The notes under the pieces are model-generated. The model saw nothing but the letters and a program-made list of their open reading frames with translations. It had not been told where the DNA came from and searched no databases. This document shows positions 18,527 to 28,305 of a stretch of 54,572 nucleotides of DNA, in pieces (position 1 is the stretch's first letter; every line of letters starts with the position of its first letter). The DNA lies in IMG/VR virus record IMGVR_UViG_3300005662_000054, positions 1-54,572 of that record; one strand, given 5' to 3'. The position numbers were made by a program, and so were the translations under genes. The stretch comes from a virus (taxonomy: Duplodnaviria > Caudoviricetes).

Positions 18527-19144
18527 ATGGCTGATACTCGTTGGACTGGGACGCAAGTTAATGATGCATTTGGTAATAATGCTACCAAAACGCATCTTTC
18601 TACAAACATTATTATTAAAGTCGATGGCAATGCTATCGGAGCAGTAAAATCTTTATCAATTACAGAATCTAGAAACATTGCTAGAATCGCTGAAGTAGGC
18701 ACTGATGGTTTTATTGACTCAGCTCCTCAGAGATCTACTGAAATTAGCGTGCGCTGCAGCCGTACAAGATTTGCTCGCAAAAGAATCGCAGAAGCTTTTG
18801 GTAGAGGGTTTATTCACGTTAGCTCTCAAAGAATTCCTTTCAACATTGAAATTCATGATATTTTCAGTGATACAAATATCAGCAATGCCATTATTACTAC
18901 TATTGAAAATTGCTGGATAAGCAATATGAGCTACAATTATCAGTCAGACGATTTCGTTATATCTGAAGATATGGACGTTGTAGCAGAACGTATTTATAGC
19001 ACTTTAAACGGTGGCTATGTAGTCAACCCGAGCCCAACGGTTTCTGTCAATCAATTCGAGGCTCAAGCAGATTCTGGTCAATATATCGGCGCTCTCAATG
19101 CTTCAGGTCTCTTAAACGCATTCTTAGACGATCCAAGACTTTGA
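18527..19144 (+). CDS. Tail tube protein
   Basis: Follows the sheath; IIIKVDG..IGAVKSLSITE...PFNIEIHD...TIENCWISNMSYNY tube-fold pattern. Confidence 0.85.
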   Translation: MADTRWTGTQVNDAFGNNATKTHLSTNIIIKVDGNAIGAVKSLSITESRNIARIAEVGTDGFIDSAPQRSTEISVRCSRTRFARKRIAEAFGRGFIHVSSQRIPFNIEIHDIFSDTNISNAIITTIENCWISNMSYNYQSDDFVISEDMDVVAERIYSTLNGGYVVNPSPTVSVNQFEAQADSGQYIGALNASGLLNAFLDDPRL

Positions 19145-19163
19145 TATTTAAATTAAATATGAA

Positions 19164-19203
19164 AAATAACCTTGGAATATTTTTCCAGGGTTATTTGTTT
19201 TTT
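19164..19203 (+). terminator. Rho-independent terminator after the sheath-tube genes
   Basis: AAATAACCTTGGAA-tattt-TTCCAGGGTTATTT stem (one G.U pair) followed by a T-run. Confidence 0.75.
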
Positions 19204-19232
19204 AAGTTATAGGTAATTTTAAGGAGAAAGAT

Positions 19233-19916
19233 ATGGCAGATATTAATAGTCCACTTGGAAGAAGACAGTTAGCAATGCAGGGTCAAGGTAGAAGAGCTGT
19301 TTATACAGTTCCAGATGCCACGGGAATGTCGGCAGAATCAACTCAATTTGATGATATGGATGCCCCTCCTGGTCCTTCAATGGTTTCAGAAGAAGAAATG
19401 GTGCATTTGCAGAGACAAAGACAACAGCAAATGATGCAACAAAATTTTCCATCAGGGGAAGTATCCAGGGAAAATTTACAAAAAATGAGACAAGAATCTA
19501 AGCAGGCAAAACAAGAGCTTGGCGGAAAGGCTAGGAATAGAATTGAATTGTTGCTTGGATTAAAACGTAAAACTAAAGAAGTTGAAATTGAAGGAGTCAA
19601 ATTTACTTTAAAGACTCTTAAGCATTCTGAATATCAAGAAGTTTTTGCAAACCTTTCTAAGTTTGGCGAAGCAAATAATTTTGTTATTTCTTTAGAAATG
19701 CAAATTCAAAGTTTGGTACGTGCGGTTACACACATTGATAATGTGCCTATAGAAAACGTATTAAATGCAGAATCTATGGATGATTTAATTGCCTATTTTA
19801 GAGAGTTTGATAATGAATTAATTGAGCAATTATACACAGAATTTAAAAGCATTAAAGAAGCTAATGAAGTTAAGCCGGAAGAGGAGAAAGAGGTTAACGA
19901 AGATTTAAAAAAATAG
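19233..19916 (+). CDS. Tail assembly chaperone (lambda gpG analogue)
   Basis: Lies between tube and tape measure, has an AAGGAG SD and the pattern KEVEIEGVKFTLKTL...LIEQLYTEF, and ends in slippery T TTA AAA AAA TAG. Confidence 0.8.
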   Translation: MADINSPLGRRQLAMQGQGRRAVYTVPDATGMSAESTQFDDMDAPPGPSMVSEEEMVHLQRQRQQQMMQQNFPSGEVSRENLQKMRQESKQAKQELGGKARNRIELLLGLKRKTKEVEIEGVKFTLKTLKHSEYQEVFANLSKFGEANNFVISLEMQIQSLVRAVTHIDNVPIENVLNAESMDDLIAYFREFDNELIEQLYTEFKSIKEANEVKPEEEKEVNEDLKK

Positions 19917-20284
19917 TTCGCTATACAGACCATAAATTTTATTTTTTCTTATTTAAGCAGCTTGGCAAAGAGGCTTTGCCAGGCGGCTCCTTTTACGACA
20001 ATGTAAATCCTTGGACTTATTTATGGCTGTATTATTCTTTTATTCAGGAAGAAGAGGATAAAGTTAAATTTGCTCGTTCTATGTCTATTTTTCAAGGCAG
20101 TTTTTCTAATTTTGAAATGGCTAAATCTTTGGTTAAAGCTGAAAATCCAACCGCAGAGATGGAAGATGAAGAATTTGAAGCACTTTCTGAGAATATTTTG
20201 ACAGAAAATAAGAAAAAGGAAGAGGGCTTAAGAAAGCGTCAAAGAAAAATATTATCTAAAAAAAGAGAAAATGAGAGATTATAA
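19913..20284 (+). CDS. C-terminal extension of the chaperone reached by -1 frameshift (gpGT analogue, fusion about 350 aa)
   Basis: The -1 frame is open from 19898 to stop 20282-20284 (IVRYTDHKFYFFLFKQLGKEALPGGSFYDNVNPWTYLW...); the ORF track found only a TTG start. Confidence 0.8.
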   Translation: MVRYTDHKFYFFLFKQLGKEALPGGSFYDNVNPWTYLWLYYSFIQEEEDKVKFARSMSIFQGSFSNFEMAKSLVKAENPTAEMEDEEFEALSENILTENKKKEEGLRKRQRKILSKKRENERL

Positions 20285-22449
20285 TGGCTGACGAGACAAT
20301 TGATCCAAAAAATATAGCCGAATATCAAAAAGCGCTGGATGAACTTATCAAGAAAGCTTCTTCTTTATCTACTGACGAGCTTAATAAAAAAATGCAGGTG
20401 CTTCAAGAATCTGCTAAAAAATTTGGAGAAGTGGGAAAAAAAGCATTTGAAGCATTTCAAAAACAAATAGCAGAAACTGCAAAAGCAATTCAAAGCTTAG
20501 ATCCTTCTGAAATTTTTAAAGGCTTAAGTAAATCTTTAGAAATATCACAAGAAGAAGTTGAAAAATTTGCAAAAGGAGTGGGTTCTGCTCTTATAACTTA
20601 TAAGAAGTTACAAGTCCTTCCAAAAATTGATTTTGCCTCTGGTCTTGGATCTTCATCTGCTGGTTTAAATGACTTAAGTGTTGCGGCTGAAAATTTTACC
20701 ACTACACTTAAAAATGTTCTTCCAGAGTCAGAAGCGCTTAACAAATCTCTTGATGCTATCAAAAGCTTTGCCGCTGCAGAGCAGAGAGTTAATAAAATGT
20801 CTCAAGCCTTATTGGCAGCAGCAGCCTCTTCTGGAAATTTATCAGAATACCTTGATCAGGTATCTGATGCTTCTGGTCGAATAGATTTTAGCAAAGTAGA
20901 ATCTAAGCTAGTAACTTTAAATGAATTAAATTATAAAGTAGCTACATCTACTGGTATGAATGCCGCAAGTGTTAGAAACCTTGCCAATCTATTTCAATCT
21001 ACAATGCCTCGTGCATTGGATGAGAGCAACGCTGTCAATGTTACTCATTTAGGTGTTGTTGGAAACACCAAATCAACTTATAACATGCTAGAAGCTTCTA
21101 TGAGAGTTTCTATGGGGACAATGCAAGAAGCAAGTACTGTTCAAGAATATGTAAATAGTAGTTTTCATAAATTTAATCTTACTGGTCAAGAAGCTTTGGA
21201 AAATTTTGCAGCAATTGCTACAAATGCCGATAAGTTAAATCTTCCTTTTAATAATTTAAAAAGTTATATAGATAATACTTCTGGTAGTTTCATGTATTTT
21301 AAAGATAATACTCAGGCGCTTATTAACGTCATGGGTCGTTTAGCCCCTGCATTTAAAGCTGCCAAACTATCTCCAGAAGCCATTACTGATTTGACCAGGA
21401 CAATGGTTAATAATATCAATGGAATGGCTTTGGCTCAAAGATCTTTCTTGTCTATGCAATCAGGTGGAGCTGGTGGTCTTAGAGGCGGTTATGAAATTGA
21501 ATTATTAAAAGCTCAAGGCAAATTTGATGAAATTCAAAAAAAGACAGAACAAGCATTAAAGAAACAATTTGGTGGAAGAGTTGTTACTCTTGAAGAGGCT
21601 TCAAGAGATGAAGGGGCAGCAAGACAATTAGCTAAACAAGTGCAATTGGTAACTTCTGGTCCTACTAAAGTTGTTGAGTCAGAAGCTCAAGCATATAAAT
21701 TATTTGAGGCTATGCGAACCGGAGTCACTGGGACTGCAGAAAAAGGTCAAGAGTCTTTGAGTAAGGTTATGGATAATAGCTATAAGGTCCAAGAGACTCA
21801 AACTTCAGTTTTAGTAGATATTAATAATGAAATAGAGCGTGTGGCTGTCAATACAGATATTATGGCAAAAAGGCTTAGCGGGGATGTATCTGGAGCTGTA
21901 AGAGCCATGTATGGTGCAGGAAAAACAAAACTAGCAGAAAAATTTCCTGGCGGGTTTGATTCAAGAGAATTAAGTAGATCAGCAAGCAGTAAAGAGGCTG
22001 CTAGAATGACTGTATATACTGATCGAAGCTCTACAGCTGCGCAGCAACTTACTTTAGAGCAAAAATCATTGTTTGAGCCAACTGTGGTTGATAAAATGCT
22101 TTCTGGATTTGGCGCAGAGGTAAGTAAATTTATGGGCGGTTTATTTGGTAAAGAGGAAAAGACTTTACCAAAGCCTGAAATAGAAAGCGTTGAAATTCCT
22201 GAATTAGAACCTTTTCCCATGCTTTCTCCTGAGCAACGAATGAACAGGGAAATTATTTCTCTTAAAGCTCCTGCAGTTCCAGGTGCAGCTGCGGCTAATG
22301 AGCCCGTCTCTTCAAGCCATCAAGTTACGATTAATTTACAAACAGATAGTAAGCAGATTGAAACTATTGCTTTAAATATTATGAACGGTCAAATGTCTAT
22401 TGAAAGACAAAATTCTACATTAGGCGCTGCAATTGTTCCAAATCCATAA
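20284..22449 (+). CDS. Tape measure protein
   Basis: 721 aa, Ala/Ser/Lys/Glu-rich helical sequence directly after the chaperone pair. Confidence 0.8.
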   Translation: MADETIDPKNIAEYQKALDELIKKASSLSTDELNKKMQVLQESAKKFGEVGKKAFEAFQKQIAETAKAIQSLDPSEIFKGLSKSLEISQEEVEKFAKGVGSALITYKKLQVLPKIDFASGLGSSSAGLNDLSVAAENFTTTLKNVLPESEALNKSLDAIKSFAAAEQRVNKMSQALLAAAASSGNLSEYLDQVSDASGRIDFSKVESKLVTLNELNYKVATSTGMNAASVRNLANLFQSTMPRALDESNAVNVTHLGVVGNTKSTYNMLEASMRVSMGTMQEASTVQEYVNSSFHKFNLTGQEALENFAAIATNADKLNLPFNNLKSYIDNTSGSFMYFKDNTQALINVMGRLAPAFKAAKLSPEAITDLTRTMVNNINGMALAQRSFLSMQSGGAGGLRGGYEIELLKAQGKFDEIQKKTEQALKKQFGGRVVTLEEASRDEGAARQLAKQVQLVTSGPTKVVESEAQAYKLFEAMRTGVTGTAEKGQESLSKVMDNSYKVQETQTSVLVDINNEIERVAVNTDIMAKRLSGDVSGAVRAMYGAGKTKLAEKFPGGFDSRELSRSASSKEAARMTVYTDRSSTAAQQLTLEQKSLFEPTVVDKMLSGFGAEVSKFMGGLFGKEEKTLPKPEIESVEIPELEPFPMLSPEQRMNREIISLKAPAVPGAAAANEPVSSSHQVTINLQTDSKQIETIALNIMNGQMSIERQNSTLGAAIVPNP

Positions 22450-22457
22450 TAATAATA

Positions 22458-22472
22458 TAATTATTTAACATA
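22458..22472 (+). promoter_or_regulatory. Candidate late promoter (TAAT TATTTAA CATA)
   Basis: Matches YAAT-N7-YATA; ATG 5 nt downstream with no SD. Confidence 0.5.
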
Positions 22473-22477
22473 ATATT

Positions 22478-23320
22478 ATGGGAAAATTTTCAGATGTTAC
22501 TGATGGTTTAAAGGACGCCAGAGGAGCTGTCAGTGATGCTTTTTCTGATGTTTCTGGCGCTTTAAATGGTGTTTTAGATTTTTTTGGAGGAACTTCGAGC
22601 CCATCTACTTTAGGATATGGTACTCGTCAATCTAAACTAGGAAATAATAGACAAGCATTTTCTACCAGGAATATTATTCACTGGGTAGTTCCTGAGGGTC
22701 CAGTTATTCAAATGTACGTTAATCCTGAAAGCATTCGATATTCTTATCAAAAAGACATATCATCTGTAAGAACTAAAGGCGGATATTTGCTTCAATATTT
22801 CGGTCCTCAATTGCCTAGATTGCAAATTGATGGAACTACTGGGTCTTCTGGAATAGAAGGCATTAATGTGCTTTATGATTTGTATCGATATGAGCAATTG
22901 GCTTTCGATCCATATGCTTTATATATGGCTGCGGAAAGTTATAGAAATGCAACTACTAGTAATATTTTAAGCTCTGATCCTGGAACCGTTGGTTCTGGAA
23001 TTGTTTCTGCTTTTTCAGGTCAAGCATCTTCTCCAACAGCAAATGTTCAACCTCCATCTTTAGCTGATATAGCATTTAGAATAGAAATGTTTTATGCAGG
23101 CGAAGTTTATAGAGGTTATTTTACAAATTTTTCAGTAACTGAAAGGTCTGATAATATTGGTCTTTTTAATTACGGTATGGAATTTATAGTAACTCAGAAG
23201 CGTGGATTTAGACAAAACTTCTTTGCCTGGCATCGTTCTGCAAATGATGGTCCAAGCAGCAGTAATCCTGATAATGGCGTTCCTTATAGTTATAGTTCGC
23301 TATTAGCATATCCAAGGTAA
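22478..23320 (+). CDS. Baseplate tube-initiator / tube-like protein
   Basis: Follows the tape measure; MYVNPESIRY...TKGGY...LQIDGTTG...YRGYFTNFSVTE...FNYGMEFIV. Confidence 0.65.
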   Translation: MGKFSDVTDGLKDARGAVSDAFSDVSGALNGVLDFFGGTSSPSTLGYGTRQSKLGNNRQAFSTRNIIHWVVPEGPVIQMYVNPESIRYSYQKDISSVRTKGGYLLQYFGPQLPRLQIDGTTGSSGIEGINVLYDLYRYEQLAFDPYALYMAAESYRNATTSNILSSDPGTVGSGIVSAFSGQASSPTANVQPPSLADIAFRIEMFYAGEVYRGYFTNFSVTERSDNIGLFNYGMEFIVTQKRGFRQNFFAWHRSANDGPSSSNPDNGVPYSYSSLLAYPR

Positions 23321-23321
23321 T

Positions 23322-26300
23322 ATGACAGACGTAGGCAAGGCAATATTAGGCGGAATCAATGGAGCTTTAGGATTAAATGAGAATGAACCTCGAAATCCTG
23401 ATAATCCATATTCTTATGAAGCTTTAAAAGGCTTTGAATCTAAAATTAATCAAGCTGAAGAAAGAGTTTATCTTCAAGGCGGATATTCTCGTGCTTTAAG
23501 ACCACAGGCACTGGAAGTTCTTTTACAAGAGCCCGATGTTACTATCGTAGTTAAAAAAAGACAATTTTCTTCTTTAGTTGAAAATTATCAATATGATCTT
23601 TTAAACACTCAAGAAAAAGTTTATCTTAGAGCAGTTAAAAGATTATTTTATAATAAATGTAGAGCAATTGCAGCCTATGAAAGGCTAACAAAGCTAGAAA
23701 GAATAGCAACTAAAACTGGAGGAATTTTTAATAATTATTTATTTCCAGCTATATTTTCTTCGGTTGAAATATTAAATAATACCTTTCCGGGTTTAATTAA
23801 TGGTAGTGATCTGAAAAATTTAGACACTTTAAAGAAAGTAAAAAATTTCTCAGATCCTAATTTGTATACCACTTGGCTAAACCCAAAAGAAATTCCTTAT
23901 TTAGCAGACGTTGGAGAAGGCGTAGGTACGTTTGAATTAACATTAGCCTCTAGTATTTCTACTACGGTAGCAACTGAAATAGCTAGGGGAAGCGCCAGTT
24001 TAAACTTTGAAAATCCTTTAGAGTTAATGATTATTAGCCAGCAAGACATTGAGCAGGCAATTTCCGATGTTGTAGGATTTACAAACCATCAGTTTTTTAC
24101 TATGACCGAAGGGTCTCTTAATGAGACGATTAATATTTTAAGAAGTCAGCTTAGTCAAATACGAGCGGCTAGAGGAGCTACTCAAATTATATTTGATATT
24201 AATCCCAATTCTATTAGTTATAAAAAAGTTAGAGCTTTCATTGATGAAGAAAGAGAAATTAATTTTTCTTATGACCCTGGTTTTTTTGGAACCGGCATCA
24301 CTACTAGTGGTACTGTAGGTGCTGTAGAAATTGATGCATCGGCTAGAGAGGGAAAAAATGGTCTTCAAGGCTCAAGTGATTCGGAATTTAACTTTACAGG
24401 GGAAAGATCTGAAGAGGTTATATTTAAAGACATTATTACAAATATTTATTCTTTATTAGATAATCAATTAATTAAAAGAAATGAAATTAAAAATTTTAAT
24501 GCTCAAAACTCTGAAGTGCGTAAAAGAATGCGGCTTGAATTTGAAGATAGAGCCATTATTCAACAACAGGATGTTGTTCATATTTTTATAGGTTCTAAAA
24601 CTAATTTAGATCCTAAAGTATCTGAAGGTTTTAATTTTTCTTATTCTAAAGACAATATTATCAATAATATTGATAAAGGTTTTTCAGGCTTAACCCAGTC
24701 TCTTAGAGACTATGCTGCTGTATTTTCAGGGCAAGATTCAGGAGAGACATTTATCGAAGCAGAAAAAAATGCTATAGCAGGACCAGAATTTCCTTTATGG
24801 CTTTGGCTTTCTATGAGGAATGATTTTACTAGACAGGCTGCAGGGACTCATGTTTTTGCAGGTGTGGTAAATTCCGTTGGTCAGAATTATAGCTCAGGCA
24901 AATATACTTTAAATGTTTCCTGCGGAGATTTTACTGAATATTTGCAAAAGAGCCAAATAAACATCAAGCCATCTTTAGATGTTGTAGATGCTTCTCTTTA
25001 TGATCCATTAACTCCTTTTAAAACAGATTTTGATCCTGCAACTGGGCTATTAGGAGAAATGCCAGAATTATTAGATGATAACATTGCTTTATTAGAAACT
25101 GGCTCTGCTAAAATTAAAGCTGGTAGAAATCGGGGAAACACAGCTAGCATAGATAAATACAGTGTTAGAGATCCTGAAATTTTAACTCCAGAATCTCCTA
25201 CTGCTCAATTAAGAAATCAATTTTTTGATTCTGATGGTTTCGTATATCGTTGGAAGCAAGGAATTGGAACATTAGTATTATCAGGTTCTTCAAATTCATT
25301 TGGCACGGGTTCTCTTAGAAAAGAGACTTCTTCTATTATTACATCTAGCCCTTTCTCTGGACAAGATGTAATGAATACATTGTCTTTGTTAGTTACTGGT
25401 CAACCATATAATTTTTCTACGTTTTTAAAAGCAGCATCTAAATCTGGATTTTTAGAAACTGAAAAATATTTAGGTTTTAATTCTTCTGATAATTATCTTA
25501 GAGGTCTAATTAAAGATCTAAACAAGTCCAATGCTATCTGGGGCAACTTCGTGCCCTTCAAAAGAATAGCATTATCTAATGAGGCGTATAAAACTTTATT
25601 AAGAGGTGAGTTAGATGTAACTAGAGCAAATCAAGAATTAACTGATTTAATTCGTCGAAGAGCAGAAAAATATGATGGATTATCTTCTGTATATAAGGGA
25701 TTCAGCCCTTTTTATTTTGGCAATGGAGCAAATAACACTCCTACTGTTTCTCCAAATATCTTATCTTCTGTAGGAAATGATGTAAGTACTACAGTCTTCT
25801 CAGAAATTTATGATTTAAATTTTGAAATTAATCAAAAAATAGAAGAATTTTCAAAAACATTTAGCGAGGTTAATGGAAGCATTAAAGTTTTTGGTGATGA
25901 TATTAGCGTCGATGGTTCTGTTGAAAATTATGGTTTTTCAGCAGAGGAACAATTAAGACAACAAGAAGAATTTAGAAAGAAATTATTTCATTTAACTCAA
26001 AGAAGATTATGGAAAGTTAAAGCCAATGAAGATCAAAATTATTTTATTGTAGATGATTCTTACGATAAAAATTATGATATTCAAGCATTTGAAGACAGTT
26101 TAGGCAATTTAGATTTATTCAAAAGCACTTATCAAAGCGTTTCTGAATTAGTTCAAAATGCAGCTACAATTTTAGGTTTAGAAATTTTTGCAGACTCTCA
26201 AGGTCACATTAACGCCAGACCCCCTGCTTATAATAGAATGCCCAGCTCTGTATTTTTTAAATTATTAGAAGAGAGAAGCCAAAAAGGAATTAAATTATTT

Positions 26301-28289
26301 CCTGATTATTTAGAAAGTTTATTTTTAAATCAAATCAGAGGCTTAACAGATCAAATAGAAATATTAGAAGATCAAATTAGAATAAGAGCCTATTTATTAA
26401 GTGGTAATTCAGATGATACTGTAGCAGCACAGCTTTTGGCGGGAAATTCTGCTGTTGGCGGAGGAACTTTTAGTTTCTTGACTATTGATGGAAATTTTCA
26501 AGGCAGCGATAGTATAAAAAATTTATTGCAATTAAACAACCCGGATGATATCGAAACTATTAATAGACAAGCTTTAACTGAATTGTCTTCTTTGGTTGCA
26601 AAACCTAATAAGACAAAAATAAATTTTGATATTGTTCAAAGAAGAAACGTTTTAGAAACGATTACTTCAAACTATGGCGTTGAAGTAGCTGTCAATGCCG
26701 TTGCTCAAAGATTAAAAGCTAAAGGATTTATAGATCCTTTAATAAATGACTTAGGCAACTATACCGGCAGAATATCCTCTCAGGCTAATGCTGTAGAGTT
26801 AATTTCTCAAGTCGCCTCTATGGTTTCTGAGAGACAGTCAATTATTAAACTTTTAAGCAATGCAATTAAAAATTTAGAAGAAGGCACTGCTTTAAATTCA
26901 GACCCTGATGCGGCTCGCGTTCCTTTATTTTCAACTTTTAATAAAAATTTAAATAATGGTAAAATACCTGAAATTTTATTACATATGGTCGAAGATGAGA
27001 ACGTTCATGATTTAGGTCCTAATTCTGGATCTAGATATATTATTAGAGATGTTGATTTGATCAGCTTTGAAATTTCAGAAAATCCTCCTCCCTATACTGC
27101 GGTGGAAGTTACAGGCTCTATTGCTAATAGTTTGGTCAATGCTCCTGGAGGGTTAGAAGTAGGAAGTAATGGAAACTTAATGTCAACTGCTTTTGCTGCA
27201 GATTATGATATGTGGAGGCTTTATGGATTTAAAAGATCTCAACCAGTATCTGCTGCGTACTTAAGCGATCCTGTGGCTCAATGTGCTCCATTTGCTGTGT
27301 TCTTATTAAATCAAGCTAGAAAAAATGTTTTAAATGCCAGAGTAACAGTTCGTGGAAATGAATATATTCAAGCTGGAGAAGTATATTATTTAGAATGCAG
27401 AGATTTATTAATGTATGCTGCAAGCGTCAGTCATCAATTTGATTTTTCTGGAAATTTTACCACTACATTAACATGTACATATGTTAGAAAGCCAGGGGAA
27501 TTTATTCCTACCATGTTAGATATTATCGGTAAGAGTTTATATACTAGAAGAAGCCAAGCTAATTTAGCAAGAAACGTTAGAAATAACAATCCATCTACGG
27601 ATATTTCAATTGCAGCTTTGAAATTTGAGCCCAAGACAGCTGTAGCAGAAGATGCAGAAAGTGAAGAATCTGGTTCTGCAACAATTTTTGGATCTGCTTT
27701 TGGAGAGTATAATAGAAAAGCAGTGGCGTCAATTTTATTGGCATCTTCTGGAATGTTGACTCCATCAAAATATGGAGATGTAATAAAAGTACAAATTAGA
27801 TGTTATTACAATAGCAATAAGGGTTATGATTCTGTAAATTCTAAACTAAATAAATTTGCACAAGATATTAAAAGCGCACTATCAAATCCAGAAACTTTTT
27901 TCCCAGGACCGAATGGTCAATATCAGGCTCCAGATACTGCAGCACCAACTTTAAATCCTGATGATGTTATAGTACTTCCAGTAGATTTGGGCATACAGGA
28001 GGGGGATGAAGTATTGTCACCTTCAAATAAAGCTTGGAACATTGCTAGAACTATGGTGATGAATTCAAAATCTGAAAAATTCTTAAAAGAAATTAGTGCT
28101 TCTGATTATTCTACAAAGTTAAATTATTATTTATTTAATAATGTTATAGATGTCTGGGTATCTGCTACGCCAAATACCGATACTGGAGAAGAAACTAGTA
28201 ATTCTAAACAAATTCCAAACACTGAAGCTTATAATTTAGAACGTCAAAAATTTATTGATGCTCAAAATAAAGCTTTAGGTTTCAAGTGA
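23322..28289 (+). CDS. Baseplate hub protein (T4 gp27 / P2 gpD-like) with large insertions
   Basis: VFAGVVNSV...YTLNVSCGD; EIFADSQGHINARPP; ARVTVRGNEYIQAGEVYY...SVSHQF...FTTTLT. Confidence 0.72.
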   Translation: MTDVGKAILGGINGALGLNENEPRNPDNPYSYEALKGFESKINQAEERVYLQGGYSRALRPQALEVLLQEPDVTIVVKKRQFSSLVENYQYDLLNTQEKVYLRAVKRLFYNKCRAIAAYERLTKLERIATKTGGIFNNYLFPAIFSSVEILNNTFPGLINGSDLKNLDTLKKVKNFSDPNLYTTWLNPKEIPYLADVGEGVGTFELTLASSISTTVATEIARGSASLNFENPLELMIISQQDIEQAISDVVGFTNHQFFTMTEGSLNETINILRSQLSQIRAARGATQIIFDINPNSISYKKVRAFIDEEREINFSYDPGFFGTGITTSGTVGAVEIDASAREGKNGLQGSSDSEFNFTGERSEEVIFKDIITNIYSLLDNQLIKRNEIKNFNAQNSEVRKRMRLEFEDRAIIQQQDVVHIFIGSKTNLDPKVSEGFNFSYSKDNIINNIDKGFSGLTQSLRDYAAVFSGQDSGETFIEAEKNAIAGPEFPLWLWLSMRNDFTRQAAGTHVFAGVVNSVGQNYSSGKYTLNVSCGDFTEYLQKSQINIKPSLDVVDASLYDPLTPFKTDFDPATGLLGEMPELLDDNIALLETGSAKIKAGRNRGNTASIDKYSVRDPEILTPESPTAQLRNQFFDSDGFVYRWKQGIGTLVLSGSSNSFGTGSLRKETSSIITSSPFSGQDVMNTLSLLVTGQPYNFSTFLKAASKSGFLETEKYLGFNSSDNYLRGLIKDLNKSNAIWGNFVPFKRIALSNEAYKTLLRGELDVTRANQELTDLIRRRAEKYDGLSSVYKGFSPFYFGNGANNTPTVSPNILSSVGNDVSTTVFSEIYDLNFEINQKIEEFSKTFSEVNGSIKVFGDDISVDGSVENYGFSAEEQLRQQEEFRKKLFHLTQRRLWKVKANEDQNYFIVDDSYDKNYDIQAFEDSLGNLDLFKSTYQSVSELVQNAATILGLEIFADSQGHINARPPAYNRMPSSVFFKLLEERSQKGIKLFPDYLESLFLNQIRGLTDQIEILEDQIRIRAYLLSGNSDDTVAAQLLAGNSAVGGGTFSFLTIDGNFQGSDSIKNLLQLNNPDDIETINRQALTELSSLVAKPNKTKINFDIVQRRNVLETITSNYGVEVAVNAVAQRLKAKGFIDPLINDLGNYTGRISSQANAVELISQVASMVSERQSIIKLLSNAIKNLEEGTALNSDPDAARVPLFSTFNKNLNNGKIPEILLHMVEDENVHDLGPNSGSRYIIRDVDLISFEISENPPPYTAVEVTGSIANSLVNAPGGLEVGSNGNLMSTAFAADYDMWRLYGFKRSQPVSAAYLSDPVAQCAPFAVFLLNQARKNVLNARVTVRGNEYIQAGEVYYLECRDLLMYAASVSHQFDFSGNFTTTLTCTYVRKPGEFIPTMLDIIGKSLYTRRSQANLARNVRNNNPSTDISIAALKFEPKTAVAEDAESEESGSATIFGSAFGEYNRKAVASILLASSGMLTPSKYGDVIKVQIRCYYNSNKGYDSVNSKLNKFAQDIKSALSNPETFFPGPNGQYQAPDTAAPTLNPDDVIVLPVDLGIQEGDEVLSPSNKAWNIARTMVMNSKSEKFLKEISASDYSTKLNYYLFNNVIDVWVSATPNTDTGEETSNSKQIPNTEAYNLERQKFIDAQNKALGFK

Positions 28290-28305
28290 CAGTTAAGGTT
28301 TAAGT

